DNA of 44,309 nucleotides from a virus (Duplodnaviria; Heunggongvirae; Uroviricota; Caudoviricetes): IMG/VR virus record IMGVR_UViG_2684622542_000005; one strand, 5' to 3'. Shown piece by piece: positions 39,171 to 44,309 of this stretch (position 1 is its first letter; each line of letters starts with the position of its first letter). The notes under the pieces were generated by a model. It saw only the letters and a program-made list of their open reading frames with translations, ran no database searches and was not told where the DNA came from. The position numbers and the translations under genes were made by a program.

Positions 39171-39273
39171 TCGCCGCGCTATAGACAGCCTAAGCGGCTG
39201 CTGACCTCCCTGACCATGCTGTAAATCTCTTTATCCTGGTTGTCACAGAATAAGCCCGGTAAAATACGGGCTT

Positions 39274-39732
39274 ATGAACGACATCTCTTCTGACGACATC
39301 TTCCTGCTGAAACAGCGCCTTGCCGAACGTCAGTTGAAAACGAAACCGCTGCTGAAATCCCTGGAAAGCTGGCTGCGTGAAAAGATGAAAACCCTGTCGC
39401 GACACTCAGAACTGGCGAAAGCGTTCGCATATGCCCTGAACCAGTGGCCGGCGCTGACGTACTATGCAGATGATGGCTGGGCTGAGGCGGACAATAACAT
39501 CGCTGAAAATGCGTTGCGGATGGTCAGTCTGGGCCGCAAAAACTACCTGTTCTTCGGTTCGGATCATGGAGGAGAGCGGGGAGCGCTGCTGTACAGCCTG
39601 ATCGGGACGTGCAAACTGAACGGAGTGGAGCCAGAAAGCTACCTCCGCTATGTCCTTGACGTCATAGCCGACTGGCCGATAAACCGGGTCGGCGAACTGC
39701 TCCCCTGGCGCGTAGCACTGCCGACTGAATAA
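39274..39732 (+). pseudogene. IS66-family transposase (TnpC) C-terminal fragment
   Basis: ...DDGWAEADNNIAENALRMVSLGRKNYLFFGSDHGGERGALLYSLIGTCKLNGVEPESYLRYVLDVIADWPINRVGELLPW matches the conserved IS66 TnpC C-terminus; the N-terminal ~350 aa are absent. Confidence 0.8.
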
Positions 39733-39745
39733 CACATTCCCGTCA

Positions 39746-40231
39746 ATACGGTTCTTGCTGCACGCTTACAAACAAAATGGGTTGGCTAAAGCTCTGAGAG
39801 AGATTGGCCGTATAGAACGAACACTGTTTATGCTGGACTGGTTTCGGGATCCGGCATTGCGGCGACGTGTCCAGGCCGGGCTGAACAAAGGAGAAGCCCG
39901 TAATGCTCTGGCCCGTGCTGTATTCATGCATCGATTGGGGGAGATTAGAGATCGGAAACCGGAAAATCAAAGTTATCGCGCCAGTGGATTGACTTTATTG
40001 ACGGCGGCTATTTCCTTATGGAACACAGTTTACATGGAAAGAGCGGTTGATGCTCTGAAGCGTAAGGGCATGAAAATAAATGCTCAACTATTATCGCATT
40101 TATCACCATTAGGTTGGGAACATATCAATCTGACAGGCGATTATATCTGGAAAAACAGCCGGATACCGACTTCAGGTAAGTTTCGTCGTTTGAGATCAGT
40201 TAAGATCGACAAGGTCAAAAAACAACCTTAA
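39746..40231 (+). pseudogene. Tn3-family transposase C-terminal fragment
   Basis: [30 protein letters not shown]...[26 protein letters not shown]...[17 protein letters not shown] matches the Tn3-family TnpA C-terminus; no upstream remainder. Confidence 0.8.
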
Positions 40232-40234
40232 CGT

Positions 40235-40445
40235 ACAATAATTTTCGATATCCAAACTGACCCCAAGTATAAAAAACAGCCTGTCACGGTATAAAAATCG
40301 ACCATGCAGAAATTATGCTGGTTATTTTACCGCTGCTGGTCCCTCATTCAGTGACTGCCCCAGGGGTTTTCATGCTCTCCTTATAGTACAATAATTTCCA
40401 TATCCAAACTCACCCCTACTTTGACTTTTATCATAGTCAAAACCT
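40235..40445. other. ~210-bp insert splitting a Tn3-type terminal repeat, flanked by 8-bp direct repeat CTTAACGT
   Basis: CTTAACGT at 40227-40234 and 40446-40453; insert contains a ~35-bp internal direct repeat (40236-40270 vs 40385-40419). Confidence 0.35.
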
Positions 40446-40483
40446 CTTAACGTGAGTTTTCGTTCCACTGAGCGTCAGCCCTC
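40446..40483. repeat. Tn3-family 38-bp terminal inverted repeat
   Basis: CTTAACGTGAGTTTTCGTTCCACTGAGCGTCAGCCCTC, near-identical to the reverse complement of the Tn3 repeat. Confidence 0.75.
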
Positions 40484-40520
40484 TAAAACTACTGAATAAT
40501 CAGTTAGAAAACAAACAATC

Positions 40521-40551
40521 GGAAAAATCTGGGGTTCCGGCCTAGAACCCC
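40521..40551 (-). terminator. Putative terminator of the minus-strand receptor operon
   Basis: Stem GGGGTTC / GAACCCC followed on the minus strand by AGATTTTTCC. Confidence 0.4.
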
Positions 40552-40756
40552 ATGAACAGGCATAGCTGTGATTTCATTTAATTATTGGCACAAATCAGTT
40601 GATCGTACAATGCTGTGCCTGTCTCGTTTTCTGGAGATTCCTCAGCCTCATGGAGCGGCGTAACAGGCGTACCGGCAGGACAGAGATGTTTGCTTTTCCT
40701 AGTCCGGCCAGTTTAGTGGAATAACGGAGTTTTTATCCCATGTTTTTTCCCCCCGA

Positions 40757-41935
40757 TCACGACTTTTTCAAATCAATGCTCAGAATACGTTCTTTAGCTC
40801 CTTCCACAAACACATCAGGATCCCAATCGCGGTTAAAGCCTTCTTTGATGCCAATGTAAAGGGTATCCATATCGTCCGACAACACCATCTGGTTTGGGTA
40901 GACCGGCATGTTAAATTCACGGGTGATGCTGTATTTGGTGGCATCCACTACGCTGATGGTGCCGCTAGTGAAGTTGGTGACATACAGTTCGTTATATTTC
41001 GGATTGTATTTCACCGCGTTAGCTCCGGCTCCTGTGTGCACATAGCCAAGCTGTTTACCGTCGCGTAAGTCAAAAATATAGAGTCCATCTTTTGTACCGG
41101 AACGATCGTCATGGTCGAATACCACCACAAAGGCACGGTCAGAAGCGGAGTCCACCGCCAGATTCTGCACACTTGTGATTTGTGGTCTCGGATCTTTCAA
41201 CGGGATGGTACGCAGCAGCGTCTGATTTTTCGCATCAATTTCGTTGATGTAATCTCTTCCGCCAACGTAGATTTTCTGTGTTTTTTCATCCATCGTCAGA
41301 CCATACGCTGTACCTTTGTAAGCATCCTTAACCTCGCCTTTTAAGGCAAGCGTCGTCCCGTCGAGCATTAACAGCTTATGCAGAGGCTTCATGCCCTCGG
41401 CCGTTTTCAGCATATTGCTATAACTCACAAACAGGGTATCGGAATCCTGGCTGTAAACCATATGGCGAAAATGCTCAAAACGCGAATCTGCAGCGTTTGC
41501 CGCTTTAAAACTTAACCTGTCGCTGGTTCTTACCAGTTTGCCGGTTGGGGTGTCAAACATACTGATACGCAGGGACGCTGACTGGGTGTGTCCGATATAG
41601 AGCTGATGTTTATCCTGATTTATCGCCAGCGAAAATGCCCGGTATGGCATCGTGTATTTATTTTCGACTTTCAGCGAATCTGAATTAAACGAATACAGAT
41701 AGCCTTTATTGGCTTCACGATTTACACGATCGGTGACTGCTGCAAACACCTTTTTACTGGCATTATCAAACGCCAGTTCATAGACGCCTTCATCAGGGGA
41801 CTGAAGGTAATTCGTTTTCAGGGCAAATCGCGAAAGTTCGCGTTCAGGTGGATCGATAGCCATGGCCATCGTGGGTAAAAATAGTGAAATTAACAGGTAT
41901 AGCGGTGCTTTGGATAAAGTGAAAATATTCATTTT
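40757..41935 (-). CDS. Secreted beta-propeller protein (YncE-like repeat architecture)
   Basis: Signal peptide MNIFTLSKAPLYLLISLFLPTMAMA from ATG 41935; repetitive blade-like segments; downstream of a TonB-dependent receptor on the same strand. Confidence 0.7.
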   Translation of the reverse strand, partial: KMNIFTLSKAPLYLLISLFLPTMAMAIDPPERELSRFALKTNYLQSPDEGVYELAFDNASKKVFAAVTDRVNREANKGYLYSFNSDSLKVENKYTMPYRAFSLAINQDKHQLYIGHTQSASLRISMFDTPTGKLVRTSDRLSFKAANAADSRFEHFRHMVYSQDSDTLFVSYSNMLKTAEGMKPLHKLLMLDGTTLALKGEVKDAYKGTAYGLTMDEKTQKIYVGGRDYINEIDAKNQTLLRTIPLKDPRPQITSVQNLAVDSASDRAFVVVFDHDDRSGTKDGLYIFDLRDGKQLGYVHTGAGANAVKYNPKYNELYVTNFTSGTISVVDATKYSITREFNMPVYPNQMVLSDDMDTLYIGIKEGFNRDWDPDVFVEGAKERILSIDLKKS

Positions 41936-42000
41936 TCGTTCCTGCAATAAAATTGACATAAGAGAGAAAACGTATTGTCTGAACCTAGCGGAAATTGTCA

Positions 42001-44262
42001 TCAGAAACGAATGTCCCCGCCAAATATCCATGTTCTGCCACGCGCGGAATTGGCTGGGTGGGTCTCGTCACCAAGACCTGGCATCATGTTGAGCTTATTC
42101 AGCGCCTCCGAATAATCTCTGTTCATCAGGTTTTGTACCGAAAGTTTCAGTGTTAGGTTGCGGTTGTACTCGTAAGTACCATAGAGATCGATAATCGTTG
42201 GGATCTGCGGCAAATCCTGTTTGATTATTGCGCCGGTATGTTCGTCCTGCTCAAAATCAGGCGACAGGCGACGAGCCTTGCCTGTGTATTTTATGATAGT
42301 GCCCAGGGTCAACGCGTTATCGAAGAAGCGAACACCAGTATCCAGCGTCATGTATTTTCTGGGCAGTTCGGTCATATCCCCTGCGCCAAAGTAGGTGCTG
42401 GCGATGGAGGTTGGCTGGTCTGTTTGCTGCTGGCTGAAAGAGAGTCGGCCAAAAGCAAAACCTGCATCATAATCCATCTCCAGTTCGAAGCCCTTTGCGA
42501 TAACGTCGCTTGCCGAGTTAACGTAGATGTACATATTGTCGCTGTATTCATCGCTAATGCCCTCCCAGTCATTGCCAATCACCTCAGGCATACTGCATTT
42601 ACGACCTCCAGAACAAACCAGATAAGACTCGCTGTAGATGTAGTTCTGGATCCTGCTGCGGTACGCCAGAGCCTTAAAGCGCAGGGCATCCTGTTCGACC
42701 AGTAAATCTCTGGTATCAATGTTAAAACCCGCCTGCCAGGTTTCTGCACGTTCAGGCTTCAGGAATGGGTTCATGGATGCGCCTCCTGAATTAGAGAAGA
42801 ACATCTCCTGGATGTTCGGGGCGCGCATGGATTTGCTGTAGCCAATGAACGGCTGAAGCCATGGTGTTACCTGAGCAGAAAGCTGAACTGAAGGGTTGAA
42901 GCCACCCTCTTTATCGTCAATATCGTAGCTACCCTGTGGCACGCAGATAACGCGTGAATCGCAGGCGGGCTTGTACCCTGTGATCCTGTTACGTGTGTAG
43001 TTGAGATTGAAATCTGCCTCCCAGATGCCGCGCGTAACCTTCAGCCCGGTATACAGCGCTGAAATATCCTGCTGGCCGGAGGGTGCGAACGGATTGTTCT
43101 CGATCGATTCCTGATTCGCTTTCGGGTCGCCCGCCGCTGAGTGAATGGTCCGGTCATAGCGGGTACGCATCAGTTTGCTGCCCAGCATAAACTCCAGGTC
43201 ATTGTCCGCGACAGTGAACCGGCTGGTATTGTTGATATCCAGCGCGTCAGAACGATTTTGCGCTGAGGTTTTGTAGAAAGTATACAGCGAGCCATCACGA
43301 TACTTTTGATTACCGCGACTGGTACTGGCCGTTACGTTAAAGTCAATTAATTCAGAAAAAGGGGTGTAATGATATTTAATGTAATAGTCGTCACTGGTTA
43401 TATCACGACGTGTAAATTTATTTTCATAGGTTCGAGCGGAAAGTTCGAAGCTGTTAAATTCGTCTGGTCTGATATCCATTTTATACAGTTGGGATTTGGG
43501 GTTCTGCTTCATATATTTATCATAACCAAACTCTTTGCTGTTAATTCCAGAACCATTTGAGAAATTAGAGTACACAGAACTGCCGCTCACAGCAGCCATA
43601 ACGCCAATGCTTCCCGTATCCGTAAAAGCGTCGCTTTTTCCACCAAGGGCGATCATTCCGCTGCGTCCCAGCCCATTACTACCGACAGAGAAACGTGAAC
43701 GAAGGCCATATGTATTACCGTTAAATATTACATCGTCAACGCCAATAGTACGCATATTTGCACTACCGGCAAGGGCGTTGATCCCTTCAGAGCCACTGCT
43801 GTCACCGCGTGTAACATCAACTGCTACCAGTAAGTTAGGATCTATAAGTACGCCAGCCATATTGTTAGTTGAACCATGCGTCGTTGTTCCGGAGGTAGAG
43901 GTTCCGTAAAAACTCTGGGTAATACCATCGACCATAGTGTTTACACGACCAAATCCGCTCATGCCTCGAATATTCACACTGATTGCTCCCTGACCAGGAT
44001 CTATTTGAGTATAAGTACCAGGCATACTACGCACTGTTGCGTCAAGTGATTGCAGGTTTTTGTCCGTTGTCCGGGAACTGGTCGCGCCTGTTTTCTCGAG
44101 AGCTTCCTGCTCACTGGTCGTCTTCCCGACAGAAACGCTGAGCGGACTGAATTCTGCCGCTCCTTTTTTGTCGGAATTAGTTTTTTCACTGATGGATTGT
44201 GAGTAAGCACCGCAGCTGAGCAATAATATGCCTGAGCCGATAGCCAGTTTTATAACGTTCAT
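42001..44262 (-). CDS. TonB-dependent outer-membrane receptor
   Basis: 753 aa with signal peptide, plug-domain motifs (ISVNIRGMSGFGRVNTMVDGI) and C-terminal aromatic residue (..GGDIRF). Confidence 0.85.
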   Translation of the reverse strand: MNVIKLAIGSGILLLSCGAYSQSISEKTNSDKKGAAEFSPLSVSVGKTTSEQEALEKTGATSSRTTDKNLQSLDATVRSMPGTYTQIDPGQGAISVNIRGMSGFGRVNTMVDGITQSFYGTSTSGTTTHGSTNNMAGVLIDPNLLVAVDVTRGDSSGSEGINALAGSANMRTIGVDDVIFNGNTYGLRSRFSVGSNGLGRSGMIALGGKSDAFTDTGSIGVMAAVSGSSVYSNFSNGSGINSKEFGYDKYMKQNPKSQLYKMDIRPDEFNSFELSARTYENKFTRRDITSDDYYIKYHYTPFSELIDFNVTASTSRGNQKYRDGSLYTFYKTSAQNRSDALDINNTSRFTVADNDLEFMLGSKLMRTRYDRTIHSAAGDPKANQESIENNPFAPSGQQDISALYTGLKVTRGIWEADFNLNYTRNRITGYKPACDSRVICVPQGSYDIDDKEGGFNPSVQLSAQVTPWLQPFIGYSKSMRAPNIQEMFFSNSGGASMNPFLKPERAETWQAGFNIDTRDLLVEQDALRFKALAYRSRIQNYIYSESYLVCSGGRKCSMPEVIGNDWEGISDEYSDNMYIYVNSASDVIAKGFELEMDYDAGFAFGRLSFSQQQTDQPTSIASTYFGAGDMTELPRKYMTLDTGVRFFDNALTLGTIIKYTGKARRLSPDFEQDEHTGAIIKQDLPQIPTIIDLYGTYEYNRNLTLKLSVQNLMNRDYSEALNKLNMMPGLGDETHPANSARGRTWIFGGDIRF

Positions 44263-44309
44263 AAATTTCCTTGGGTATAATATTAATAAAGATAAGTATA
44301 ACTATTTGT

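Larger units (their letters stand above)
517..39175. mobile_element. Mu-like transposable prophage (boundaries approximate, +/- ~50 bp)
   Basis: Mu-type gene order from repressor/ner/A/B to gin/com/mom, bounded by inverted clusters of TTTGATACCG-like motifs. Confidence 0.8.

Noticed and set aside
1-44309. CRISPR arrays or rRNA genes
   Set aside because: No regularly spaced short direct repeats and no rRNA-like segments were seen.

Overview
The window is dominated by a ~38.7 kb Mu-like transposable prophage (about 517-39175) inserted into an IS66-family element. Gene order follows phage Mu: leftward repressor, Ner, MuA transposase, MuB ATPase, a semi-essential early region of small ORFs (Gam, GemA), a Mor/C-family activator, SAR endolysin and spanin region, terminase, portal, head genes, contractile tail and baseplate genes, a tail fibre with a Gin-invertible C-terminal segment, then Com/Mom at the right end. 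Both prophage ends carry three inverted copies of a TTTGATACCG-like motif. Non-Mu cargo sits between gin and com: a two-domain carbohydrate-esterase-like gene plus small ORFs. Right of the prophage are IS66 and Tn3 transposase remnants, then a minus-strand TonB-dependent receptor / beta-propeller gene pair. Four poly-N runs (1323-1578, 11395-11654, 24327-24598, 35358-35625) truncate several genes and hide the repressor-ner operator region. All product calls rest on remembered motifs and gene order, not on a database search.
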